Source of the DNA: an uncultured virus (IMG/VR IMGVR_UViG_3300032291_003129)
Taxonomy: Duplodnaviria; Heunggongvirae; Uroviricota; Caudoviricetes
Strand: one strand, 5' to 3'
Virus record (IMG/VR): IMGVR_UViG_3300032291_003129
Length of the DNA stretch: 64,000 bases
Every line of letters begins with the position of its first letter. The stretch's first letter is position 1. Shown here in pieces: positions 19,387-29,900 of the stretch. The translations under genes and the position numbers were made by a program. The notes beneath the pieces are model-generated. The model did not search any database. It was not told the DNA's origin and worked only from the letters and a program-made list of their open reading frames with translations.

Positions 19387-22300
19387 ATGGCAACAGCACA
19401 AGCAAATCAAAAAGTATACGTATCACCAGGTGTCTACACATCTGAGACAGACTTATCGTTCGTGGCTCAGAGCGTAGGTGTTACGACATTAGGTCTTGTA
19501 GGGGAAACTATTAAGGGTCCTGCATTTGAACCTGTGTTCATTACAAACTACGACGAGTTCCAAGCTTACTTCGGTGGGACAGAACCTGTTAAGTTTTATA
19601 ACACACAAATTCCTAAGTACGAAGCGGCATATATTGCTAAATCTTACTTACAACAATCAAACCAATTATTTGTAACAAGAGTCTTGGGACTTTCAGGTTA
19701 TGACGCGGGTCCTTCTTGGAGTCTTAAATTAATTGCTAACTCTGACCCAACTACGGTTGGATTAAATGGGGGTGGTACTCCTTGGACTGCCGATTTTTCT
19801 GGAACAACAGGAGGAACGGTTACATTTTTAGACGCTTTACCTGCCCAAGTACAATCAAACTTAAATTTACAATATAGATTGGCCGATGGTAGTACATCAA
19901 CATTACAAGAAGATTTTAACACTTACTTAAGTGATATTTTTGTAACTGGTGGTACTGGTTCAACAGTGGTAATGTACGGAGCAATTGATTCTTCTGATTA
20001 TGATACATTAACAGGTTCAACATATACAGGTGTTACTAACGCATATAATTGTGATTCTCCAAGTTTAGACTACAACGATTTATCTGCAAGTGATAATGAT
20101 ACTTGGTATTATGCTAACTTTAATATTAGTAGTGGAAATGCATACACAGGATATTCATTCTATTATAAATATGATACTGTAACAGGTACATCAACAACAT
20201 ATAGTGGTACTGTTTCGGGTAAGATTTACTCATATACAGGAACAGCATATTCAGAGTTCAATAACATGGTTGTTGCAACTTTACGTTCAAGAGGTATCTC
20301 TTTATACGATAACAGTGCTGATAGTGAAAATCATGGACCAGTCTACCAAGTAACAGGTCTTACTGATTTACAAATTGTAAGTACGGGTCAATACTCGGGT
20401 ATTACTCAATCACCTTACGCAACATTCCTATTATCAGGTGTTACTAAGGCGGATGCTAATTCAGGAGAAAGAACTTCATTTTCATTTGAAACTTCATTAT
20501 TGGCTTCTTCTTCAAAATATCTTACTAAGGTATTAGGTGTTGACAACTTTGGAAAATCAAGATTTGAAGTTCCTGTGTTTGTTGAAGAAGCTTATCAAGG
20601 TACTATTAATTATGCATACAACCAAGGTTATATCCGTGGTTTAAGTTCAGAGTTAGTTGCATTACCTGATGCTAGAAGTCAAAGTTCTAGTTCAATCGCT
20701 TGGAACTTAGAACAATATCAATCACCTGAAACTCCATTCTTAGTTTCTGAATTAAGAGGTAATAAAGTTTATAACTTGTTTAAATTTATCTCAATCTCTG
20801 ACGGAGATTCTGCAAACGTTGAAATTAAAGTTTCAATAGCTAACTTATCATTCAACAATATGTCGTTTGATGTTTTAGTTAGAAACTTCTTTGATACGGA
20901 TGCTAATCCAGTTGTGATTGAGAAATTTACAAACTGTAACATGGACCCAGCATCTAACAACTTTGTTGCTAAGAAAATTGGTTCATCTAATGGTGAGTTT
21001 GCTTTGATTTCAAAATACATTATGATTGAATTGGCGGATGAAGCTCCGATTGACGCTATCCCTTGTGGATTCTACGGTTATACTCAAAGAGAGTATGAAT
21101 CTGCTTCTAATCCTTCACCATACCCTAAATTCAAAACTAAATATTATTATCCAGGTGAGGTTATTTATAATCCTCCATTTGGAACTGCTGCTGGTACATC
21201 AAACGCTGTAGAATCGGCAGGTGATATTGTTAGAAGAAGTTATTTAGGATTCTCAACTCAATTTGGAATTGATGAGTCATTCTTAACATATAAAGGAAAA
21301 CAAAATCCTATAGTTGGCTGGGAAACAGCTACTGATTCAGTTAAATGGAATTACTTAAGTAAAGGTTTCCACATGGACTCAGGTGCAACTGTTGTTACAA
21401 TTGCTAACACATCAATAACAAGTGGTCAAACAGCATTTGAATGTGGTGTTGCAGATTTCAGAAGTGACCCACAAACTCAAGAAAATCCGTATTACTTCAT
21501 TTACGCTAGAAAGTACACAGTATGTTTTGCAGGTGGATTTGACGGATGGGATATCTACAGAGAGTGGAGAACTAACCAAGATAGATTCCAATTGGGTGCT
21601 TCAGGTTATTTAGCGGGAGCTTATCCATCATCAAGATACCCAACTGCAACAGGTGACGGTATGTTCAAGAGAATAATTGTACAAAACAATACTCAAGATT
21701 TTGCTAACTCTGACTACTATGCTTACTTATTAGGTATCTTATCATTTGGTAATCCTGAAGCGACCAACATTAACGTGTTCGCAACTTCAAGTATTGACTA
21801 TGTTAACAACTCAAATTTAGTAGAAGAAGCTATAGACATGGTTCAATATTCAAGAGCTGATTCGGTTTATATCGCAACAACTCCTGATTATCAAATGTTT
21901 ACACCAGATGCAACAAGTTCTTTAGATATTATCTATTCACAAGAGGCTGTTGATAACTTAGATAACACGGGTATTGACTCTAACTATACTGCAACTTATT
22001 ATCCTTGGATATTAACAAGAGATACTGTTAACAATACACAAATCTATTTACCACCAACAGGTGAGGTTTGTAGAAATTTAGCATTGACTGATAACATTGC
22101 ATTCCCTTGGTTCGCTTCAGCGGGTTACACAAGAGGTCTTGTAAACTCAATCAAAGCTAGACAAAAACTGACTCAACAAGATAGAGATACATTGTATCAA
22201 GGTAGAATCAACCCAATCGCTACTTTCTCTGATGTAGGAACTGTAATTTGGGGTAACAAAACTTTACAAGTTGCTGATACAGCACTTAACAGATTAAATG

Positions 22301-22599
22301 TTAGAAGATTGTTATTACAAGCTCGTAAGTTAATTTCAGCTGTAGCGGTTAGATTATTGTTTGAACAAAACGACCAAATCGTTAGACAACAATTCTTAGA
22401 TAGTGTTAACCCTATTTTAGATTCAATCAGAAGAGACAGAGGTTTATACGATTTCCGTGTAACAGTTTCTTCTTCACCTGAAGACTTAGATAGAAATACA
22501 TTAACAGGTAAGATATACTTGAAACCAACGAAAGCGTTAGAATTCATTGACATTGAATTCTTCATAACTCCAACAGGAGCTTCGTTTGAGAATATCTAA
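19387..22599 (+). CDS. Contractile tail sheath protein
   Basis: VSPGVYTSETDLS, GETIKGP, PWFASAGYTRG, INPI and LNVRRLL motifs. Confidence 0.95.
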   Translation: MATAQANQKVYVSPGVYTSETDLSFVAQSVGVTTLGLVGETIKGPAFEPVFITNYDEFQAYFGGTEPVKFYNTQIPKYEAAYIAKSYLQQSNQLFVTRVLGLSGYDAGPSWSLKLIANSDPTTVGLNGGGTPWTADFSGTTGGTVTFLDALPAQVQSNLNLQYRLADGSTSTLQEDFNTYLSDIFVTGGTGSTVVMYGAIDSSDYDTLTGSTYTGVTNAYNCDSPSLDYNDLSASDNDTWYYANFNISSGNAYTGYSFYYKYDTVTGTSTTYSGTVSGKIYSYTGTAYSEFNNMVVATLRSRGISLYDNSADSENHGPVYQVTGLTDLQIVSTGQYSGITQSPYATFLLSGVTKADANSGERTSFSFETSLLASSSKYLTKVLGVDNFGKSRFEVPVFVEEAYQGTINYAYNQGYIRGLSSELVALPDARSQSSSSIAWNLEQYQSPETPFLVSELRGNKVYNLFKFISISDGDSANVEIKVSIANLSFNNMSFDVLVRNFFDTDANPVVIEKFTNCNMDPASNNFVAKKIGSSNGEFALISKYIMIELADEAPIDAIPCGFYGYTQREYESASNPSPYPKFKTKYYYPGEVIYNPPFGTAAGTSNAVESAGDIVRRSYLGFSTQFGIDESFLTYKGKQNPIVGWETATDSVKWNYLSKGFHMDSGATVVTIANTSITSGQTAFECGVADFRSDPQTQENPYYFIYARKYTVCFAGGFDGWDIYREWRTNQDRFQLGASGYLAGAYPSSRYPTATGDGMFKRIIVQNNTQDFANSDYYAYLLGILSFGNPEATNINVFATSSIDYVNNSNLVEEAIDMVQYSRADSVYIATTPDYQMFTPDATSSLDIIYSQEAVDNLDNTGIDSNYTATYYPWILTRDTVNNTQIYLPPTGEVCRNLALTDNIAFPWFASAGYTRGLVNSIKARQKLTQQDRDTLYQGRINPIATFSDVGTVIWGNKTLQVADTALNRLNVRRLLLQARKLISAVAVRLLFEQNDQIVRQQFLDSVNPILDSIRRDRGLYDFRVTVSSSPEDLDRNTLTGKIYLKPTKALEFIDIEFFITPTGASFENI

Positions 22600-22610
22600 A
22601 ATAATACAAT

Positions 22611-22633
22611 GGGGGTACGAATGTACCCCCTTT
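22611..22633 (+). terminator. Hairpin after the sheath gene (terminator-like)
   Basis: GGGGGTAC-GAAT-GTACCCCC followed by TTT. Confidence 0.6.
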
Positions 22634-22640
22634 AGCCAAT

Positions 22641-23471
22641 ATGAAACAACAAATTAAAGAAGGATTTAAAAATGAGGGTACTCCAGATATGAAGTACTAT
22701 GCATTTGATTGGGATGATAACATTGTTCACATGCCAACAAAGATTATTTTAAAATCTGAAGATGGTGATGAAGTTGGGATGAGTACTGATGATTTTGCAG
22801 AATATAGAAGTGAGATTGGAAAAAACCCATTTAATTACAAAGGTGAAACAATTGTTGATTTTGCAGAAGATGCGTTTAGAAACTTTAGAACCGCTGGTGA
22901 CAAAGACTTTTTAGTTGATGCAATGAGAGCAAAATTAGGGCCAGCGTTCAATGATTTTAAAGAAGCTATTAACAATGGTTCAATTTTTTCTATAATTACT
23001 GCAAGAGGTCATAATCCTAATACATTAAAACAAGCCGTTTACAATTACATTATAGACGGATTTAATGGAATAGACAAAGACCAATTAGTTAAGAATCTAA
23101 AAAAATACAGAACATTTGCTGATGAAGACGATATGACTGATGATGAATTAATCAAGTCATACTTAGAGATGAATAAGTACCACCCTGTTTCTTTTGGGGA
23201 CGACTCTGGAGCGGTTAATCCTGAGGAGGCAAAAGTAGAAGCGATGGAAGATTTTGTTTCTTATATTAAAGGTATGTCTGGAGTATTAAATAAGAAGGCA
23301 TTTTTAAAGAATGATGTATCTAATAATTTTATTCCTAAACAACCTAGTATTGGATTTTCAGATGATGATATAAGAAATGTAGAAGTAATGAATAAACATT
23401 TTAAAAATAAACCAGATAATATAGTTAAAACTTATTCTACTGCAGGAGGAATTAAGCAAGAATATAAGTAA
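22641..23471 (+). CDS. HAD-superfamily phosphatase-like protein
   Basis: AFDWDDN (motif I), ITARG (motif II) and GFSDDD (motif IV). Confidence 0.65.
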   Translation: MKQQIKEGFKNEGTPDMKYYAFDWDDNIVHMPTKIILKSEDGDEVGMSTDDFAEYRSEIGKNPFNYKGETIVDFAEDAFRNFRTAGDKDFLVDAMRAKLGPAFNDFKEAINNGSIFSIITARGHNPNTLKQAVYNYIIDGFNGIDKDQLVKNLKKYRTFADEDDMTDDELIKSYLEMNKYHPVSFGDDSGAVNPEEAKVEAMEDFVSYIKGMSGVLNKKAFLKNDVSNNFIPKQPSIGFSDDDIRNVEVMNKHFKNKPDNIVKTYSTAGGIKQEYK

Positions 23472-23567
23472 TTAATAATTCTTTCAAAATTAAAGTAAAT
23501 AGAAAAATTTTTGAGAGTTACTATATTTATTAGATATAAACACAGAAAACAAAAAAATTAAAATAAC

Positions 23568-24056
23568 ATGGCTGATTTATTAATGAAAATGCCGATACCT
23601 TACGAACCGAAACGTCAGAACCGTTTCATCTTAAGGTTTCCATCAAGTTTAGGTATTAACGAGTGGTTTGTAGAAACAGCGTCGAGACCACAGATTGCTA
23701 TTAACCCAGTAGAGGTACAATTTTTAAATACTTCAACATTCGTTGCAGGTAGATTCAAATGGAATCCAATCAACGTAACATTTAGAGACCCAATCGGACC
23801 ATCTGCAGCTCAGGCTTTAATGGAGTGGGTTCGTTTACACGCTGAATCAGTTACAGGTCGTATGGGTTATGCTGCAGGTTATAAGAAAGATATTGACTTG
23901 GAGATGTTGGACCCAACTGGAGTTGTTGTTGAAAAATGGATTCTTTATGGAACATTCTTAACAAACGTTAACTTTAATGCATTGGACTACAAGTCAGATG
24001 CTTTGGCAACAATCACAACTTCGTTACAAATGGATAGATGTGTGTTAGTTTACTAA
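23568..24056 (+). CDS. Tail tube protein (T4 gp19-like)
   Basis: EPKRQNRF, W.PINVTFRDPI and YKKDIDLEMLDPTGVVVEKWIL motifs. Lies downstream of the sheath gene. Confidence 0.9.
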   Translation: MADLLMKMPIPYEPKRQNRFILRFPSSLGINEWFVETASRPQIAINPVEVQFLNTSTFVAGRFKWNPINVTFRDPIGPSAAQALMEWVRLHAESVTGRMGYAAGYKKDIDLEMLDPTGVVVEKWILYGTFLTNVNFNALDYKSDALATITTSLQMDRCVLVY

Positions 24057-24089
24057 TACTATTTATAAAATAATTTATTATACTATATT

Positions 24090-24126
24090 TAACCGTAAAG
24101 CATAAACACTTTACGGTTATTTTTTT
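24090..24126 (+). terminator. Terminator-like hairpin between the tube and chaperone genes
   Basis: TAACCGTAAAG-8 nt-CTTTACGGTTA plus T7, ending directly at the ATG at 24127. Confidence 0.7.
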
Positions 24127-24870
24127 ATGGACAATCAAACATCAGACTACGGTCAACAAAATTTTACCCTTCCTCATGACGTGGTACCTTTACCATCGGG
24201 GGGGATTTTTTACAAAAACAAAAAGAAATCTTTAAAAGTTGGATATCTAACTGCCTCAGATGAGAATATATTAATGGGCGGTGGTGCCGATTTAACTCTT
24301 AACTTGTTGAGAGCAAAAATCTATGAACCTGATATGAGGGTAGAAGATTTAATTGAGGGGGATATTGAAGCAATCTTAATCTTTTTAAGAAATACTGCTT
24401 TTGGACCTGAAATGACATTAAATCTTACAGACCCAACAACAAACAAACCATTCCAAACAACAGTTTTGTTAGACCAATTACAAATTATTAATGGTCAAAC
24501 ACCAAGTGATGATGGAACGTTTACAACAACGTTATCAAAATCTCAAGCGGTTGTTAAAGTTAAACCATTATCATATGGCGAAATTATGGAAATCACAAGA
24601 ATGGCTGACTCATACCCACAAGGAAGAGTTGTTCCAAAAATTACGTGGAGAATGCAGAAAGAAATAGTAGAAATAAACGGTAGTTCAGATAAGGCAGAAA
24701 TTTCAAAGTTTATTGAGTCAATGCCAATTATGGATTCAAAAGAATTTAGAAACTTTATGAATCAAAATGAACCAAGATTAGATATGAAAAGAGTAGTTAT
24801 GACCCCATCAGGAGAAAAATTGACAGTAAATGTCGGTTTAGGGGTAGACTTTTTTCGTCCTTTCTTCTGA
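24127..24870 (+). CDS. Tail assembly chaperone/baseplate hub assembly protein (T4 gp26-like)
   Basis: V.LPSGG.FY, LTASDENIL and D..AILIFLR motifs. Lies between the tube and tape measure genes. Confidence 0.7.
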   Translation: MDNQTSDYGQQNFTLPHDVVPLPSGGIFYKNKKKSLKVGYLTASDENILMGGGADLTLNLLRAKIYEPDMRVEDLIEGDIEAILIFLRNTAFGPEMTLNLTDPTTNKPFQTTVLLDQLQIINGQTPSDDGTFTTTLSKSQAVVKVKPLSYGEIMEITRMADSYPQGRVVPKITWRMQKEIVEINGSSDKAEISKFIESMPIMDSKEFRNFMNQNEPRLDMKRVVMTPSGEKLTVNVGLGVDFFRPFF

Positions 24871-25009
24871 TTATAGGAAAGGTCAAATTGATGAGTTTTA
24901 TTATTTAAATAATTTAATGAAGATAACTTATCAAGATTTTGAGAAAATGCCAATTTTTATTAGGAAATATTTATTGGACAAATGGATTGAAGAAAACAAG
25001 AAGGACTAA
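24848..25009 (+). CDS. +1-frame ORF overlapping the chaperone 3' end (gp51-like/'GT' extension, candidate frameshift product)
   Basis: Open from after TAG at 24845-47 to TAA at 25007-09: ...FVLSSDYRKGQIDEFYYLNNLMKITYQDFEKMPIFIRKYLLDKWIEENKKD. Confidence 0.65.
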   Translation, partial: TFFVLSSDYRKGQIDEFYYLNNLMKITYQDFEKMPIFIRKYLLDKWIEENKKD

Positions 25010-25026
25010 AAAAATTAGTCCTTCTT
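24998..25026 (+). terminator. Perfect 12-bp inverted repeat hairpin before the tape measure gene
   Basis: AAGAAGGACTAA-AAAAA-TTAGTCCTTCTT. Confidence 0.6.
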
Positions 25027-25052
25027 CTATTTATATAGAAACCTATTAATAT

Positions 25053-26882
25053 ATGGCAGACATTAATGATAGTTTAGACGGCTTTCAAGAAGCGGCAAAC
25101 AAATTCAAAAATCCTTTAGGCTCTATGGCAGAAACTATTGGTTTAATGGTTGCAGCAACCGATGCGTTAAACAAGAGTTTTGTTCAAGGTAGAGTAAGGA
25201 TTGAGGAGATGAATGTTGCCATTGCTCAATCGGTTGCTAGTGTAAATAGGTTAGGTGGTTCCATAACTGATGTTGTAAGAACATTAGATGGTATTGGAGC
25301 TGGAGCAAGACGAAATCTTATTGCAAACGAAGAAACTGTAAGTAAAATATTTGCAGCTTCTCAAATATTAGGGACAGATGCCAAGACATTAACTGAGGCT
25401 TTTGGACAAGTAGGTTACGACGTATCTCAAGTTGGAGTCAATTTAGAAAAATCCATTGCTTATATTCAAAGTATTGGTTTAAATTCTAGAACAGTTACTG
25501 CGGACGTATTAAAGAATATGGATGCAATGTCCAAATTTAATTTTAATGACGGAGTTCAGGGATTAACTAGAATGGCTGCTCAGGCTTCAATGTTGAGGAT
25601 AGATATGAAAACAACTTTGGACTTTGCTGATAAGTTAATTAGTCCTGAGAATGCAATTAATACTGCAGCCGCTTTCCAAAGATTAGGAGTTGCTGTTGGT
25701 GATTTAGGTGACCCACTTAAATTAATGAACGATGCGTTAAACGACCCAGGTGCGATTCAAGATAGTTTAATTAATGCAACTAAACAATTTACTTATTTTG
25801 ATGAAAAAACACAATCGTTCAGAATTAACCCTCAAGGTTTATTAACAATAAGAGAACTTAGTAAAGAAACAGGTATTGGTGCTGGTGAATTATCTAAAAT
25901 GGCATTATCTGCCGCAGATTTAGATAAAAGACTTTCTACAATTAGTCCAAGTTTGAATTTTGAAAGAGAAGAAGACAGGACATTCTTAGCCAATTTGGCG
26001 GTAAAACAAGGTAATGATTATGTTGTTCAAATTAAAAATGACCAAGGTGAAGTTGAATTAACAAAAAAATTAGGAGAAGTAACCCAAGAAGAATTAAAAA
26101 AATTAAGAGAACAACAAGACCAAGCACCAAAAACTTTAGAAGATATTCAAAGAAGTCAATTAAGTGTTTTACAAATAATTAATGCTGATGTTAAAGCAAT
26201 ACTTGCAGCACCAAGTTATGGTGCGGCATCTGCAAGACAAGTAACTAGTAATGTTGAAGGATTTAGAAGAATATCTACTGGATTAACTGGAGGTTTACAA
26301 CGTAACTTACCTAAGACTGAAGAAGTTAGAAGTGTTGTTGAAAGTACTTTAGAATCAATGAAAACCTTATTTACCGCTAAAGGAGAGGGAAAAATAAGTG
26401 CTGACGATTTTTCTCAAAAGTTAAAAGTGTTTGAGGATAATTTAATTAATAGAACAACGAAAGCAGGTCCTGAAGCATTAGACACGTTAAAGACAGTTCT
26501 TAAAGACGCCTCTAAAAGTGCAACAGGAAGTAGTGGTTTGGAAACAGAATTTAAAAGATTTGCGGATACGTTTACATCAATCAAAGTTTCCCAAAGTAGC
26601 GGTACTAAAATACAATCTCCGACAGAAGGACAAAAGGTACAACCAATAACAAGAAGTAGTATTTTTGGTGTACAAAATACACAATCAAGTTTACCCGCAA
26701 CAAAAACTAGCAGTCAAATTAGTAAAACAGTAGATTATACGGGAACAGTAACATTTAAAATTGATGCGCCAGCAGGAGTTAGTAGTCAATATTTAACTGA
26801 ATTCTTGAACAGTGAAAAGTTCAAAGAAATGATTTACAGTTATGTTGAAGAAAAAAACAAACAGAAGGGAGTTTCAAGATAA
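25053..26882 (+). CDS. Tape measure protein (putative)
   Basis: Ala/Leu/Gln-rich helical 609-aa ORF in the canonical position after the tube and chaperone genes. Confidence 0.7.
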   Translation: MADINDSLDGFQEAANKFKNPLGSMAETIGLMVAATDALNKSFVQGRVRIEEMNVAIAQSVASVNRLGGSITDVVRTLDGIGAGARRNLIANEETVSKIFAASQILGTDAKTLTEAFGQVGYDVSQVGVNLEKSIAYIQSIGLNSRTVTADVLKNMDAMSKFNFNDGVQGLTRMAAQASMLRIDMKTTLDFADKLISPENAINTAAAFQRLGVAVGDLGDPLKLMNDALNDPGAIQDSLINATKQFTYFDEKTQSFRINPQGLLTIRELSKETGIGAGELSKMALSAADLDKRLSTISPSLNFEREEDRTFLANLAVKQGNDYVVQIKNDQGEVELTKKLGEVTQEELKKLREQQDQAPKTLEDIQRSQLSVLQIINADVKAILAAPSYGAASARQVTSNVEGFRRISTGLTGGLQRNLPKTEEVRSVVESTLESMKTLFTAKGEGKISADDFSQKLKVFEDNLINRTTKAGPEALDTLKTVLKDASKSATGSSGLETEFKRFADTFTSIKVSQSSGTKIQSPTEGQKVQPITRSSIFGVQNTQSSLPATKTSSQISKTVDYTGTVTFKIDAPAGVSSQYLTEFLNSEKFKEMIYSYVEEKNKQKGVSR

Positions 26883-26932
26883 TTTTACTACAAAAAAATT
26901 ACAATCAACCTATTTATTAAGAAACACTATAG

Positions 26933-29900
26933 ATGGGTAGTCCATTAGATTTAATTAATACAGAAGGATTTAGAAAAAAACTTATTACGAGAAACTTAAC
27001 ACCTTATGTTAAGTCTCCTAATAGAGCTACGCTTCCTATCAATACAGAGTATATCCAATCGGATACATCCGTTCAAGATAGTCCTGACCAATTAATTGAC
27101 CAACCAACATTTGCAAATCAGTTATACCCGTTAAATCAATATGGTAACGAAGGTGGATACGAACAAGTACCTGACCCAGGTGCTTTATTAAATACCAAAT
27201 CTAATGAAGGTGAATATGGATTTCAAGATGCTCATATAATAGACCAAGCAGGTCCTGAGTCCAAGAATTGGAAAAAAATCAATCCATATAGTAATGGGTC
27301 TAATGGAGTATTAGATGGCGCCGAATTTGTTCAAAGTTTGAATCAACCAAGAAGTGGTATTGGTTTATACAATAACCAACCTTATCCAAATTATAATCCA
27401 TCTTCGTATAGTCCTATATCAATATTATTGAGTAGAGACCCTCAAGGAAGTGATGGATTATTAAGTTCAGATTCATATATTGCCAGATTAGGCGCTCAAA
27501 CTTTACGTAAAGAATTTGAGGAAAGAATTGGTAGACAAATTATTCAAGACACTGTAGGTAGAGCAAATATTTTTAATGTTAGAAGTGGAACTGATATTTT
27601 AGGACTTGCAACTGGAAGAGTACCTTTAATACAACCTAACTTCAAAATTACCCTTTTAGCCAATCCAGTCACTGCGGCCGCAGATTTTGGATTAAGATTA
27701 GCTGGAAGTACTATTCCATTGTCTCTAATACCTGGTTCGTATTTTGATACAAGTATTAATTCGAAACAACCAACAACAATTCAACAACTTAATAATGCAT
27801 TTAAGAGAACGGCAACAGGTAAGTTCTTTACAAGATTATTAGGTGCAGATAAGACAGGTAGTCAAATAATGTATAACAATATGGGTGGTGGACAAAAATC
27901 TGCCCTATTCAATAACATTGACTACAATAGATATAAGCCAAGTTTTGATAGAACTTTATTTGATAGACTTGCGGGTGCGGTTGTAGGGTCTACAACAAAC
28001 AATAGTGATTTCTATGTCGGTTCAACAACCTCAGACCCGTCAAGAGTATTTTCACCTGGCGGTGATTTACCTGTTAACTCTTATGGACAAGAGCAACAAT
28101 CTCCTGTTTATGGACCTTCTGAGTTGGCTCAATTATATGAAGGACCGAGCCAAGAGGTACGTTTAGGTGCTAATGGACCAACGTATAGTAATGGTGGCGG
28201 CATAGAGGGAGGATTTACTTGGGTATCTCCAAAGTATAAGGACAATGCAGGTAAAAAAGTTGGTATTGGTGGATTGATTACTAATCAAGACCAAGACTTT
28301 AAACCATCGTCATATGACTCTACAGAGTCAACTAATAGAGAGTATAGGGATGGGTCAATACTTGATGATACCCAACGTATTATTGATAGTCAACCTCAAG
28401 GAGGTAGAAGATTACAACACGTTGGAAATGCTATTGACCAAGTTAGTAAAGTATTTAATGATGGATATAAAGAAATAACAAAAGGTTCTAAAGTATTATC
28501 TTATGTTGGTGCTATTGGTCAAGAAGTTGGTACTGAATATTGTAGGGTATTTGCTAAAGACGTTCCGTACTTACAATATAATGACTTACAAAAGGTAGAT
28601 GGTACAGTTACTGAAAATAGAAGATTCTCATATTCTGTTTTAGACAAGACTTATAATCTTAACATATATCCAAATAAACAAGAAGGAGGTCAAGATTCTT
28701 CAAATTTAATTGGTACTGTAAATAATGCTTACGCTAAAAAATATATGTTCTCAATAGAGAATTTAGCATGGGCGACATCGAATACACCAGGTTTGGCGGT
28801 TTCTGATTTGGCGGTATGTGAGAGGGGCCCAAATGGTGGAAGGGTAATGTGGTTCCCACCTTACGATTTAAAATTTAGTGAGACTGTTTCCGCAAATTGG
28901 AAACCAAACGATTTTATTGGAAGACCTGAGCCAATTTATACTTATGCCAGTACAAATAGAGGTGGTAGTTTATCTTGGAAAATTATAGTTGACCATCCAT
29001 CAGTATTGAATGTTATTACAAATAAAGTATTAAGTAAAGAAACTAATAAGGTTAGAATTGATAGTATTATTGAATCATTCTTTGCGGGATGTAGAAAATA
29101 CGATTTATATGAATTGGCTAAGAAATATTATACTATTAATCCAAATGACTTATTCCAAATTCAACAAGCCATTACTTCTAAAGAATTAACTAAAGAACAA
29201 TTAGAATATGCTGTTAGTACTGTTGCTACAATTCCTCAGGTGTCTCAAGCGACTGGAGGAAATACAGGAAATGCTGAATTACAAAAATTCTTGAACTATG
29301 GATTTTATTTTGACAATGATGTCCCAAGTCCAACAACAGTAACATACCAAACAACGTATACAAATTATATAGCACAAAAAGACAAGTATAAAAAATTAAC
29401 ACAATTACCATCGACTGCCGAACAAACAACATCTTTTTTTGATAATGTTATAACACCGAACAAAACAAAAATTGATGAACTTATTACATTGATTGAAAAA
29501 CAATTAAGTAATAGTACTGAAGGAACTATTTCAATGGTTATTAACGGTACTGCTTCAGCGTTAGCATCGTTTTCTTACAATGATAAATTGTCTGCTAGAA
29601 GAATAGAATCTGCGATTTCATATTTTAAAAGTAGTCCAAAATTACAAAAATGGTTAGGTACTAGATTATTAGTAACTGCAGGAAAAGCTTTGGGTGAAAG
29701 GGCTGAAGTATTAGTGTATGATGCTAAATCAAAGATTTTTGTGCCAAATACACCAGTATCTTGTACAGATGGTGACCAAGATAACCAAGCACAAAAACCT
29801 GCGATTTATACTACAAAGGCGATGGCTTGTAGAAGAGCATATATCTCAAGTATTAAGTCTACAATTCAAGAACCTATCCCACAACCACAACCTCAAAAAA

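Noticed and set aside
24841..24910. Canonical -1 frameshift in the tail chaperone gene
   Set aside because: The -1 frame hits TAA after about 19 codons. Only the +1/-2 frame spans the gap.
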